DNA from: Antedon mediterranea
Taxonomy: Eukaryota > Animalia > Echinodermata
Length of the DNA: 64,000 bases
NCBI RefSeq assembly: GCF_964355755.1
Contig: NC_092673.1
Location: 31,431,648-31,495,647, forward strand
Direction: 5' to 3'
Position numbers and translations under genes: made by a program. This document shows, piece after piece, positions 40,101-52,035 of the stretch (within the stretch, counting starts at the first letter, position 1; the number at the start of each line of letters is the position of its first letter). The notes beneath the pieces are model-generated. The model saw nothing but the letters and a program-made list of their open reading frames with translations, searched no databases and had not been told where the DNA came from.

Positions 40101-43100
40101 TACGGTGTTTCATAAAAAGACAAGAATTAGGAGGCTGGTGAATTACCAATGAGATATTCCAAAGTTTAGTGACCACAGGGAAAAAAATGCACTATCACCA
40201 AAAACCTTTTTAGTGACAGGAACAGAAAGGCATAGATTGTCCATGGAAGATCTAATGCTAGGCGGACGAGGCCCATGTAAATTAATATCTTGGATATATT
40301 TCCAAGCAATTTCTAAAGTTTTGAGGCTCTAATAACAATTCATTTTTTTCATTCAGCCCACCTGAGGGGATACGAAAGATTGTTTTAGCTACAAATATAG
40401 CAGAGACGTCTATCACCATCAATGATGTTGTATATGTAATTAACGTAAGAAACCACAAAGAGCCATGCTATAACTCAGATGTTGGGGTAAGGTGTTTAAT
40501 AGAACTTCTTTTGTAAAATATTTGTTATTTAGTATTCATTTATAATAAATGCATTTGTGAGTTTTAAGACATGTTTAGAATGAAGCGGGGGTTTGGTCGT
40601 GACATTTTAAAAGTGTGAATAACTTCTGTTGTATGCTTTCATCATCATCATCAAAACAAACAAATATGTTACCGCAACTGGTTAGCAGAGGTATGCTGTA
40701 AACCATAGAATCAATGTGTGTTTATGTCCCAAACAATCTCTAATGTTAATTAACTGATTCATATCTTTCTCATAGGTATCTTGTTTAGATCTTCAATGGA
40801 TTACACAGGCAAATGTTATACAGCGTAAAGGACGAGCTGGACGCTGTCAACCTGGTGAATGTTATCATTTGTTCACTCAAGAAGACTGCAAACAATTAGG
40901 TACAGTAATTTAAACCCTGTGTGCGACTTTCTTCCAAAAGCCTGTTTGTTATTGTACCTATTATTTAGTACATCTTGGCTGTAAGTGGATGCACAACTTG
41001 AACTCTTTATTATCACTTGAGTCTGGAAAATTAACTACTTATAATAACAATGAAGATAGTAAAACAATAGTAACAAATAAAATAGAATATTTAAAAAAAA
41101 CTAGCAAGTTTTTTATTCTTATTTTTGCCTTAATATTGTTTCCAATATCATTTTCTGACTGCAGATGAATACCAAGTTCCAGAGCTTCTACGAGTTTCTT
41201 TAGAGCAGGTCATAGTTCATGCTAAAGTTCATAACCCTAATATGAATGCTGAAGAGTTTTTATCGCAGGCTCTTCAAGCTCCTACTTTTGAAGCAGGTAT
41301 GTAATTGGACTAAAATAAATACAGATGAGTATGCTCTGTCTACACTATCAAACTAGTTTGACAAAAAAAGTTTGATGTGCCCATATGATATGGTTAAATA
41401 TGTAGTGATATGACATAATCATGTCCATTATATCGGCAAATCACACTTTTTTGTCACATAAAGTGTTGACAGTGTTATACAGCTGCCACCAACATTAATC
41501 ATTTTTATGTCCACAAGTATGATCAAATATAAATATGATTTGAACAAAATATAATACAAAGCATTCTTTATTTGTTATAACATCCATGAGTGTACTCTTT
41601 TTGTATTATATTATAATCTGTCTTTTAACAAATTGATAATAGGCAGTGAATGTAATAATTTATTAGGAAATGACACCTTTGCATCGGTGGCACACACAGA
41701 AGTGGTGCATCCAATTTAACATAATACATCAAAACAATACATTATTGTATTATCCGTATATGATGGATACAGGTTCTTAAAGACCCCTTCCCTGCAATTT
41801 TGGACGTTTTTTGGAAAATAATACATACATATCACTTTAAAAACATTAAACCATGTCATTCCTTGTCTTAAATGTACGTTTTATGGTAAATTATGATAAA
41901 AAGTGAGAAACAATGCACTACCTAAGTAGCTCGCGGCGATCGACCTCTCGTGGACGGTCTTAGGCCTAGCCTAGCTAGACTTAGTTTTGTAGGCCTAGCT
42001 GGTAAACATCGATAACGTACGAACATCGTACGCTAGCTATATACCTAGCCTGACGTTGTATAGTTGCTGCATTAATTGTCTTTCTATTTTTGCCAGACTC
42101 CGTTGATACAAATTGGGGAAAACCCGGTATTTTCGCTGGAAAGTTAGGAGTCTTCCATTTGTTTTGGCTTCACGATCGATCGAAAAGTGGGCGAATTACA
42201 GGTGAAAAACAAAAATATCAATCCGCGCGCAATGCATTTTGGGATTTATAGCGGGCCGCTATAATTATAAGAATCGATTTATTTTTCACATTTTTAACCG
42301 TTTAAAGATGAAAAAAGTTAACGCAATAGGACCATATAGTATTATTTTTACATTAAATATAGTTTGTGATCTTAAATTAGATCTAAAAAACGTAGGGAAT
42401 GGGGCTTTAAACTATTTGCAAAAATATAAAAGAAAAATCATTATCAACATGGTAATATAGGTACTGTATTAAATTGTCCTACAGTATCATAGGTTTGAGT
42501 TGATAATTTAAAAAGGTATATAAAAATAAACATAGAATATAGTAAAGAGTTTATTATTATTATTATTGATTGCAAACCATTGTGTTTCAACATCAGGTAC
42601 TGAGGACCTATAGTTGTTATCACAGGTGTATAATATTTACAAATCATATATAAAAGCAACAATACAAAAGAAAAACAATCTAAATATTGGGAGATTTAAG
42701 TTCTGACCGTTTCTCCCATGCAGCTCTTGTGTATTTTATACAAAACAAATCAAAAAAGGTCTCAGATTCTTTACAAATCGCGGTAGAATCTCCACCTAAA
42801 ATATACTGTAATTTATCATCAGCACTTGCTGTTGTGTAACGATTCCATGTGTCATAATCATTACAGAGCACAAGATTATTTTGTAGAATGGATAATTCTT
42901 TCATTCTAATATCAAATGCTTTACAGTTTAATAAAAAATGTTTAATGTCTTCAATTTCACTATTCCCACATAAAGTACAATGACCGGACACATCATTGGA
43001 CCATTTATAAGTTTTACAATCTAAAGGTAGAGTGTTAGATCTTAATTTAAATTTCAGACTTGTCTCATAAAAATGTGTTTTATCAAGTAAATATTTTTCT

Positions 43101-46100
43101 AAATTAGGGAAAGGTTTCAATTTTGAGTATAAATTTAATGAGGTTTTTTGCATTATATTATTTGACCACTCTGATTTGATCTGATTGATCACATTGCTTG
43201 ACATTGCTGACTGAGAAAGGAACAAGAGTTAAACTATCATTATCAAAAACATTGTTGTAAAAGCCTATATCTGTACATTTTTCAAATATGTCAACACAAC
43301 TACTAAGAAATTTATATTTTAAATGATCAAAGTCACATTTCAATTTTAGCATAGAATTAAGTACAATATTAGGCCACCTGTGGTCATCATAGTTATAAAA
43401 CGATTAAATAATTTAACTCTGGACAGTTTGTGTAACTTGGATAATGGAACCCACCCAAGGTCACCATAAAGTGCCTCTTTTGGAGTATACCGTGGAGCTT
43501 TGAGAAGAAAGCGGGCCATTTGCAATTGCACTTTCTCTAGGTCTTCGTTATCCTTCTTGGATTTATTATGTTTTACACAGTATGTTTCCATAGTACACCA
43601 GGTTAAAGTCATCAAGGTTAGCTATGATACCTTTGATATAAGTTATAAGCCGGTTGCCCTTTTGGATAACATGTTCATGATACCTTTGATATAAGCTATA
43701 AGCCGGTTGCCCTTTTGGATAACATGTTCATAATATGAATGTTCACTCATGTTTGAGGAAATATAGACCCCTAAATATTTATAATTATTTACTTCTTTTA
43801 TCAAATGTGTGAACGTAAAATAGTACATTCTCTTTAACATATGAATATATTTTTATTATTTAGTTGACAAGGCAATTGAAGTATTGGTAGAGATGAATAT
43901 TCTAGATCAAAATGAATGTCTAACACCCTTAGGAAATAAAGTGTCCCAGATAAGCACAGATCCTAAGCTTGCTAAAGCACTTGTTTATGGCTCAATATTC
44001 AGGTCAGTATACCTTCCATTTCTCCTTCTCAGATTCTTGTTATCACCTTCACATACATAACTAGCCTGTCAATGGCCTCTTGTCGAGTAATCAACTGATT
44101 ACACATTGTATTACATGTATTATATTTATATAATCTTCCCATAGCACACTGTTAGTGGTAATTAAATTCTTGTTTTTCTAAACCATTAATGTAAGCCAAT
44201 GAATATGCTCATTAAGAACATAAATGAAATCATTAAACTAGGGTCTCATAGTATTTTCAATAATAATGAGCCATTTTATTTATATAATAGATATTATTTT
44301 TTATAATCCAGTAATCTTCTTTAATATATAGAATTTTTTTTAGGATTGTTTTTTGAAGATGTATTGTCCCCAAAAAACATGAAAATGAAGATTACTAATA
44401 GACTTTGAATAGGCAGTTTAAATAAATGTTTTCACTTCTGTAAATAATTTAGTGAATAACTATTATGTAACATTAAAATGACACATTCAACAACAAAAAT
44501 TTAATTTTCAGTGAGATGAAATATCATTACATTTCTCAAATCGCAAATCCTAAAATTGATGATTGAATAAGAATAAAAAACAATATTTACCTGCTTAAAT
44601 AATAGGAAAAATGGCAATAATAAATACACATGCTTAAAATGAAAAATAGAAATTTTTATTTTAAATTATATTATTTATTATTCACTGGGTAGCTTATTTT
44701 AAATTGAATATGGTATAAATAATGAGAGGTATGGCATGCCCTTGCGTAATATATATTTTCTTGTTTGTAGGTGTCTTAATCCAGTAATAAGTATTGTTGC
44801 TGGTCTGAGTGCAAGAGAACCAATGAAAGAAACCCTTACCAATCAAAACAAGATTATGTCGGTTCGTATGATTTTATGATCTATATTTTACCCTCCAATT
44901 AATTACCTCCCAGCTCAGACTGCCACAAAATACAGCTAGCTATTGGTTGCCTAAAGTAAATTTAGTTAGAGACTGAAATCATTGCATTTCAGTCTGTAAC
45001 TTTGATTTGAGGGATTTTTATAACAAAATATTCATATTCAGAACAGCATACTTTCATAGCTTGAATAGAGTGTTTAGAGTGCCCTCTTAATTTTTTTTTA
45101 GTTCAATAATTAAGGGGTAATTAAACTACAGTAAAAATGAATTTTTCTCTGGGGAAAAATTGTCATGGTTAGAAATTAATGAATGAACATTTGGAAAGAA
45201 CCTTCAAATATTAATATGAATTATAATGTACTGAAAGCACAAAAGATAACAGCTGTAAAACCAAGTTACATTGTAAAAATAAAATTAGAAATAAACACTT
45301 TCACCGCCAAAGACTGAAATCTCCGTCTATCGATGCCCAGCGCCAGACCGCCAAAGACGGAAATTTCGGTCTTTGGCTTTTTATTGCACAATTTGTTAGA
45401 TCAGGTATATATGGACCGCATGTAGAAATTTCAACATCCAAATCGATCTGGACCGCAAATATTTTGATACTTTATTAACCCCTAGTGCCATTGACCCCAG
45501 ATGGCCTACATCGCGTCCTATCCGTAAACAACATAATATGCTTACTGCGGACGAAGCAATTGCAGAAATATTTGCCGACTCTGACTCTGAAAATGAATAT
45601 TTATTATCCCCAGATGATGAAGGTATATTTGTACCTAAATCTGGTTTTTAAAATGTAATAAATAATTGGAGATAATTTAGCTAGCCTAGCCTAGGCTAGT
45701 TTGTAGAATAGGTTGAGAATCATGACACTGACAGACGGTGCAGCCAGGCTAAAATCCTCATTATCTCTGCTTTGTTCTCCGATTGAGCCTAAAGTGCTAA
45801 AAGTAAGCCAAGTTCTTTGTACAATTATGTGGTATTACAGTTTTATTTCAATAAAGTGTTTGGTACCATTGGAAAGTTTATTTCTATATCATTATTTGAG
45901 TGTGTATTGCATGTTATTCTGATTACAAACACCTTTGCTATGATCTTTGAAAAACAGGTAAATTTATCTAAAATGGCTGGCGGTGAGGGGTACTTCCTTT
46001 ATTGAATGCCTGGCGGTGAAAATGTTAATGCAATTGTATCAGATGACAATGAAATTACAATTATTCTATTCAAATTTTACTATATAAATATTATGCTTTC

Positions 46101-49100
46101 TGAAGCCCGTAACCAGAGTGGTTCAATGGTTTGAACAAACCCCCTTTTTTCCTATAATGTCCTTATGACGGAGATGGTAAATAGGCCTAAGACTTGCTCA
46201 TGACAAGCTTTGCACCTTTTGTGGACAAAATATAGCATCCTGTTAAATTTCTGGCTAAGCAATTGCTTTCTTTACTGTATTATTTTTTTTAAATTTTCTT
46301 AGGTAAAACAATTATTTAGTGGTTCATCCAGGAGTGATCATATTAGCAGATTAAACATTTACAATGCCTGGGAAGAGAGTCTAGCTGAAGGCTCAATGAA
46401 TTGGTTTGTACAATATAACTGTCTAGATAAAGGAACACTGTTTTTCATTAGAGGTGAGTCTATACATAAAACCCCTATTCAGACGACATCCCTATTACAA
46501 AGACACTTTCCCATGAAATTATCAAGGGAAAATGTTTTAACACTAAGACAAACCCCTATAAGAGGACAGTTTATTGTACCCTACTATGTTCTGCTATGAC
46601 AAAAGTTAAAAACATGCCAGTACAATCAGTAATGTCTTTGCCTCCTAGCAGGTTGTCAGTAGTTCAAATTTAAATTCAAATATTCTTTATTCATCATCAT
46701 GAAAATATACAACAATATATGAGAACATAAAAAAAAGATGAAAAGGAAATACATAAAAACTCAAAAGAGCTTGATTAGTTGTGTCCCCCTACGTCCCTAA
46801 CTAGCCTAAAAACTAATGCATGAATAATAAAAAAAACTTTAAATCCTGCAACAAGTATTATTTTTTAAATTATTTGTAAAATGATAATAAATGTTCTTTA
46901 AACATTGATTTAAATATATTTAATGATTTGGTACTTTGTAGTTCGTAATTCAAGTCATTCTACAATTTAGGTCCCACACATGACACAGTAAAGTTAGTAG
47001 AAGTACGATTACGTTTTCTGAGTCTCATTTTGTCTTTAGATCTTGTATTATAATTATTAGTTATTAAAGGAATACTTTAGATTATTTATAAATTTCTTAT
47101 TATTGTTGATAATATAAAAGCTGAAACTGGAGGCTAAGGCTTTGTATTGCAATGCACCTCTAGTACTGCATTACAAACAACTTTAGCCATATTTTATTAT
47201 TCAATATATAGAATAAGAAATACTATATTCTTTACTTACCAATATAAAAAAAAAATCTGAAAAAAGTGAAGCAAGCCATTATGATTCAGGTTTGTTATGT
47301 CAGTTGCTTATTTTTCTACTCATTTTTAATTGGTTGATTATTTTTTCATCTCAAGACTCTTGGTACCTATAAATATGTCATTATGTCTGAGTATGTTTTA
47401 TTCCATAAGATGAAAAAATAAATTGAATTTATTATCATATATCCAACATTTCAGTGGACTCTCTGGTTACTTATGAAGTTCGTTACTTTTAAAAAGTAAA
47501 GGTTTGCGTCGACAATTTTCTGAGAATTTAAGGGATGCAGGAATGAGATCAAGGTATTCTAATTACAAAAAGAATCATGAAGAATTAATAAAGGCAAGTT
47601 TAGTTTTGTTTTTGTGAGTAATTGTCTTCCAGTTTGCTGTTTCAATTTAATGCTCGGACTGATATATTATAACAAATATACAGTAGTTTATTTAAAAAAT
47701 GAAACAAATAAAATATTATAATGAACGAGAAAAGGAGGTAATTACAACAACAACATAAAAACAAAATTACAATATTATGCATATTTACAATGTTTTTTAG
47801 GCTGTGCTTTGTGGTGCATTTGTTCCAAACATTCTGCAAGTTCGAAGGGGATCACACATTAAAGGAAAGTTAAAACCCAATAAACTTTCATTTAAAGACA
47901 TGTGAGTTACTATAAAATATCTACAACTGTAAATATACAGATGATGATGATGATCAAATAAAGATTGAAATGTTTTATATAAATGTACATGGAGGTTTTT
48001 GGGGCTTTACTGTAATAATATATTTTGAGTTTGTACAAACATTGCTCTCTGGGGATCGATACTATGTAGATAAGTTTAGGATAATGGACATTTGAAAATT
48101 CACTAAAAGCTATATGTAAACAGATTGATTTGTTCTCTATGGGTTGTTGCAATCCTACCACCTGGCTATTGGCTTGGTTTAAGATTGATTTGTTCACTAT
48201 GGGTTGTTCCAATCCTACCACCTGGCTATTGGCTTGGTTTAAGATTGATTTGTTCACTATGGGTTGTTCCAATCCTACCACCTGGCTATTGGCTTGGTTT
48301 AAGATTGATTTGTTCACTATGGGTTGTTCCAATCCTACCACCTGGCTATTGGCTTGGTTTAAGATTGATTTGTTCACTATGGGTTGTTCCAATCCTACCA
48401 CCTGGCTATTGGCTTGGTTTAAGATTGATTTGTTCACTATGGGTTGTTCCAATCCTAACACCTGGCTATTGTCTTGGTTTAAGATTGATTTGTTCACTAT
48501 GGGTTGTTCCAATCCTACCACCTGGCTATTGGCTTGGTTTAAGTTCAATTTTGTTTGTCCTTATTCTCCCAATTTCAGAGTTATGCATATTTAAATGAAA
48601 TTAATTTGAAAGCTATTTTTAAAGGAAATTACCCTGTACATGCTGAAATTTAACTATTACAGATTCACACATACAAATCAAATCAATTGATCACAAAGTC
48701 TTTTTTATATTTGTTGTGTATAAATACATTCATTATTGTTTCAGGCATGTTGGTAAAGTTTCACTTAGAGCAGGATCTGTTAACTCAAAAGAAAAATCCT
48801 ACAAATCACGATGGCTGACATATTTTGCAAAAGTAAGCGAATGTGAAGGAAAACAATTCTGTAGTTAATCTACTTTTAAACCTTTTATGATTGTGTTTGT
48901 TAGATATTGTAGTGCGAATGCACTTTTTGTTAATAATAATTTCAAGAATTTATGAAAATCGGTAAATTACAGTTTCCCATGTTGAATCGAAGCTTCTTAA
49001 CAAACTTTTTTTTAAATTTGAATCAAGATAAACTCATGTTATGTATAGTTGGCGGATTAACATTTAATATGTACAGTTACCGTTATAAAGTTAAAAATTA

Positions 49101-51230
49101 AGAGAAAGGAATGAACTTAGTTGTTATAATTGCTATTTTTCAATATATTTTCTTTCAGACTCAATCAAGTGCAACATTTATCCATGAAACTTCAATGGTA
49201 CATCCATTAGGTTTAATATGCCTTGCTGCCAAGTCAGCCTGGACAGAGAGGGTCTCACCTGACCTAGGTAAGTACCTCAAACAAGGTATTTGGCTATGTA
49301 CATTATTTACAACATTTTTTGTTAGAATTTGAATGGAAACTGGACAGATCTGACTAGAGTTAAATTGTATTATTGAAATGTTGATTTTTGTTAACTGTTA
49401 TGGCAATGAAACTGTATTATAAGTGTGATAATTGGTTTGACAGAGTTTTGTCAAAAGAAACTATTTCAGATACTCTCTTGCCAACCTTTTGATAGTGCAA
49501 TTTACACTGCACATATATCAATCTTGAATAGTGAAACACATGTTGCATTTTAAGGGTTGCATTGCTTATAAAGAAACAATAATTTGATTGGCCAAAAGTG
49601 GTTAAGGCAGGGGTAGGAGTGAATGCATTGACCATAAAATAGGTTTAAGGCTTTCCTTAATTGACCATATTTCTGGTGGAATCTATTAAACCGGTTTCAT
49701 AAAATCATTAATTATTATTTTAATAGATGAACGACTTCCAGGGAACTTGGATGAATACAATTTGGATCAAATTGTAAAATTAAAAATAGCACTGACAAAT
49801 GATGAACAAAAGTCAATCAGTTTTTTTATGTACAGAGACGTAGCTGAGATCTTATTGGATGTTATGGAGCATGTGCATAGGATGGTACAAGAGTCTCTTG
49901 ACAATTATATGGTATGTCAATACCCCCTCCCCCTCACAAATATTGATGAATCCTGGGGTAAGGAATTAGGCCTGGTGATTGACTGTGATGTATATATGAT
50001 GTAACCACTAGCCAGACACCAGAAAAATCTATTTTTTTATAAAAAAAATAAAAGCCAGATAACAAAAACATTATTTAACAGTCTATAGATTAACATAACT
50101 TTCAGTTTTGTGGAACTATATAACTATTATCAATTACAAAAATTAGATACAGTATTTTCAAATACTTACTGACTGACAATATGATAAAATGGAAACTCAT
50201 TTAAATCTGCCAAGGAGGTATATGTAATCGGTAGCGTGTGTTTGTTTGTTTGTTTGTTAGCAGGATTACTCAAAAAGTAATTACAAGATCTTTACCAAAA
50301 TGAATATACAGATAGATATCAAGGACCATTCCATTAAGATTTGGGACCATGGTCGCAATTCTGGACCACTTTTTGAGTATACTTTTCAGACCTTCTATTG
50401 TTAAAAGATAGGACAGAATTTTTCAAAAGAGAGCAGTCTTAAAGTAACAAGTAAACTAAAATTGCATTTTCACGAGAACTACTTGTCCAAAAAACTTCAT
50501 TTTTGTACAAGAGGCAAGAGTTAAAATTTGTGATTTGTAATTTTAAAACATAATTTGATTAAATGTGCACGATTTTTGATGCGAATAGTTTTAAAAACCT
50601 ATTTCTTTTCAAATTCACTCGTTTTATTTTCGCGTTGCTGTTCTATTGTTAGTCAACTGAAGCTATTGTTAATTGAAAGGCTTGTTACATAACCATTACA
50701 CCAAACTCGCATACACATGTTTGTAGTGGAATTAGCCTAAATCACAAACACCGGAGAAATCTTATGTAGGAGAATTTTACAGTAGGCAGAGGTATGCACT
50801 CTCGGAGTGGCTTTCTAGTTGTTTATTAAACTATTTTCTTTGTCAATTAATCCTTCACACATACGTGTCAATAGAGCAATCTGACTACCCATACGATGGG
50901 TTAGTTTCGTTAACGTTATTTACAATATTAACAGTTAATTTGCAACTTAACCAAAATACCACATTAAATAATAAATTTAATAAAATTCCAAATGCTTAAT
51001 ATTTTTTAAAGAAGGAAACATACTTTTAATAGTTACTTAATTGTGCTTCATCTTCTTTATTCATTTAGACTGAAGAAAATTTGGAAAAACATAAGTGCAT
51101 TGTGGGTATAGTTTGCAGCCTGCTATCAAGTGTACAACAGCCATATATTGAGGAAAAAGGAGGAAAGAAAGAGAAAAATATACTGATGTTAGATTCAGAT
51201 GACGAACTAACAGATTCAGAGAAGATATGA
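19141..51230 (+). CDS. DHX30: ATP-dependent RNA helicase DHX30-like (DExH box), 22 coding exons, 1075 aa
   Basis: Exons: 19141-19381, 25383-25627, 26112-26279, 27527-27756, 27879-28029 ([13 protein letters not shown]), 28470-28653 (PRRISA), 32636-32795 (DEVHER, LMSAS), 33752-33947, 39098-39169 ([11 protein letters not shown]), 39419-39495 (LPVHSN), 40357-40486 ([13 protein letters not shown]), 40776-40899 (VSCL..W...[14 protein letters not shown]), 41165-41296, 43864-44002, 44771-44861, 46303-46453, 47502-47593, 47801-47901, 48745-48832 (SRWLTYF), 49159-49267, 49727-49911, 51069-51230. Total 3228 nt with all phases matching. CFLPGWQ, PVHSN, ANVIQR.GRAGRCQ and the dsRBD AAALAC.KLK are DHX30-type. 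Confidence 0.93.
19502..19895. mobile_element. Mutator-like MITE inserted in the Gypsy 3' LTR
   Basis: IR GTGGTTAGGATTCCGGCA / TGCCGGAATCCTAACCAC; duplication GAATATTTAT (19492-19501, 19896-19905), single-copy in the other LTR. Confidence 0.85.
20552..21077. mobile_element. Tigger-like MITE inserted in Gypsy integrase
   Basis: TIR CAGTAGAACCT..TTTTACGTAC; TA TSD. Removal restores [16 protein letters not shown]. Confidence 0.88.
22137..22762 (+). mobile_element. Kolobok-like MITE family K1, copy 1 (626 bp), inserted in Gypsy RT
   Basis: TTAA TSD, AG...CT termini. Removal restores [11 protein letters not shown]...FLGHVI. Near-identical inverted copy at 41781-42406. Confidence 0.9.
26301..27113. 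mobile_element. pogo/Tigger-like MITE family P1, copy 2 (uninterrupted, opposite orientation)
   Basis: Reverse complement of 14137-14572 plus 16258-16669; TA flanks; starts about 20 bp after a DHX30 donor site. Confidence 0.9.
28765..32170 (-). mobile_element. Degraded DIRS-like retrotransposon (gag-like, RT, RNase H) with internal duplication
   Basis: RT motifs [21 protein letters not shown]; RNase [12 protein letters not shown]...[10 protein letters not shown] typical of DIRS. About 29871-30180 duplicates about 31412-31735. Confidence 0.75.
30210..31176 (-). mobile_element. Truncated Gypsy 5' end (LTR, PBS, gag N-terminus) inside the DIRS remnant
   Basis: LTR-like TGTTG...CAACA 30930-31176 with AATAAA; PBS TGGCGTCACGGACAGG from 30926; gag-like KFKG...LKEWLDDF...[14 protein letters not shown]. 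Confidence 0.65.
32812..33029. mobile_element. Small degenerate MITE
   Basis: Imperfect TIR TTGTCGTATTTGAGTGGGAC / GTTCCCAATCGGATATGACAA and internal TTTCGTTGTCAA / TTGACAACGAAA. Confidence 0.5.
34100..36808 (+). mobile_element. 5'-truncated L1/Tx1-clade LINE (ORF2 RT and C-terminal zinc knuckle, frameshifted)
   Basis: [46 protein letters not shown]...[10 protein letters not shown]; stop at 36602. The 3' UTR appears to resume at about 37970-38210 after the Penelope insertion. Confidence 0.9.
36809..37954 (-). mobile_element. 5'-truncated Penelope-like element (end of RT and GIY-YIG endonuclease) in a (TA)n tract
   Basis: [68 protein letters not shown]; (TA)n on both sides. Confidence 0.9.
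36853..36896 (-). ncRNA. Minimal type I hammerhead ribozyme in the Penelope 3' region
   Basis: GCAC-CUGAAGA-U-UGAGU(UCAU)ACUCA-U-GAAA-CAG(C)CUG-UA-GUGC: stem I GCAC/GUGC, conserved core, stem II, very short stem III, GUA cleavage triplet; AAUAAA follows directly. Confidence 0.8.
39985..40310 (-). mobile_element. L2-like LINE 3' fragment
   Basis: Degenerate FGDSAF...KLWN (L2 GDRAFS...LWN motif) and an L2-type tail AAGGCGCTTTATAAAT followed by (AATAA)n. Confidence 0.5.
41333..41482. mobile_element. MITE family H1 copy
   Basis: GCTCTGTCTACACTATCAAACTAGTTTGAC start and H1 internal repeats. Confidence 0.65.
41781..42406 (-). mobile_element. Kolobok-like MITE family K1, copy 2 (626 bp)
   Basis: TTAA TSD (41777-41780, 42407-42410); reverse complement of 22137-22762 with only scattered substitutions. 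A decayed end fragment lies at about 32400-32520. Confidence 0.9.
42450..43845 (-). mobile_element. Non-LTR retrotransposon 3' fragment (RTEX-like)
   Basis: [41 protein letters not shown]...[10 protein letters not shown]; frameshifts; 53-bp tandem duplication at 43624-43729. Clade assignment tentative. Confidence 0.75.
45296..46024 (+). mobile_element. Non-autonomous piggyBac-like element
   Basis: TIR CACTTTCACCGCCA / TGGCGGTGAAAATG; flanks TAAA and TTAA; internal acidic N-terminal remnant [20 protein letters not shown]. Confidence 0.7.
46665..47080 (-). mobile_element. CR1/Crack-like LINE 3' fragment
   Basis: Degenerate [12 protein letters not shown]...[10 protein letters not shown], then AATAAA and a (TTTGAA)-type tail. 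Confidence 0.5.
48122..48544. repeat. 60-bp minisatellite, 7 nearly identical copies, in DHX30 intron 18
   Basis: Unit AAGATTGATTTGTTCACTATGGGTTGTTCCAATCCTACCACCTGGCTATTGGCTTGGTTT. Confidence 0.97.
50200..50820 (+). mobile_element. Helentron-associated non-autonomous element (HINE)
   Basis: 5' TCTGCCAAGGAGGT, (GTTT)n microsatellite, 3' subterminal IR GGCAGAGGT, hairpin CACTC-TCG-GAGTG, terminal CTAGTT. Confidence 0.75.
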
Positions 51231-52035
51231 TGGTGATACCTCGCTGTTTCCATGACAGCTGTGTGATGCTAGGTAAACTTTCTCAATTTCTACAAATTTG
51301 AGTTGCTTTATTGGTGTACAGCCTGCGATTTAAACCCCAACCGGTCTACAGTATGAATGTTTGCTGCAGGAATTCTGTGGCATCACGGTATTCATGAAAA
51401 ACACCCTTTTGGGTATTATTACTGCAAACATTATCATGCAGTTATTATGGTTGAATTGAGATGCTTTTGCTTCAGTGGTACAAAGCTCCAATCCAATTCA
51501 TCAGGGGTTAAATGGAAGTGGCAAAATAATGTTTTTATTCACTAGTATTATACAATTAATGTAATCTAATAATGAATATTTTATGATTTAAGTTCATAGT
51601 CCAGTCAAAAATTACCCTCACCATGGTATAAGAACGTACCCTAATAAAATTTCATCCGTAGGTTCTATGTATATAGGTAATAACATTTCTTGATGTTGCG
51701 TCTTGCAAAACTTGGGATTTTACGAGAAATTTAGACTTTTATACCCAATTTATAACCGCCTCATGTCGTATTATTGTGTACAGCGAATGCGACGAAGCAT
51801 GACTGAAATTACGAGACGCCGTTAGCGCCCGTTGAAAAATGCATTAAAAAAGCTAAAAACCTACATTAATTAATAGTTTATACAATAATTTAAATATAGT
51901 TTACAATAAATTGTATAATAAAATACATAACTTATAAAGAAAACCCAAGTATAAACTAAAATATTTACAGATATGTGTTTTAAAAATGTACAAATCAAAA
52001 TGGCCTTTCATAAAATAAAGTGCGCCCTCACGCGT

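Noticed and set aside
47910-48598. 157-212 aa repeat-protein ORFs on both strands
   Set aside because: Open only because the 60-bp unit is a multiple of 3; intronic, with no synonymous-type variation or supporting gene structure.
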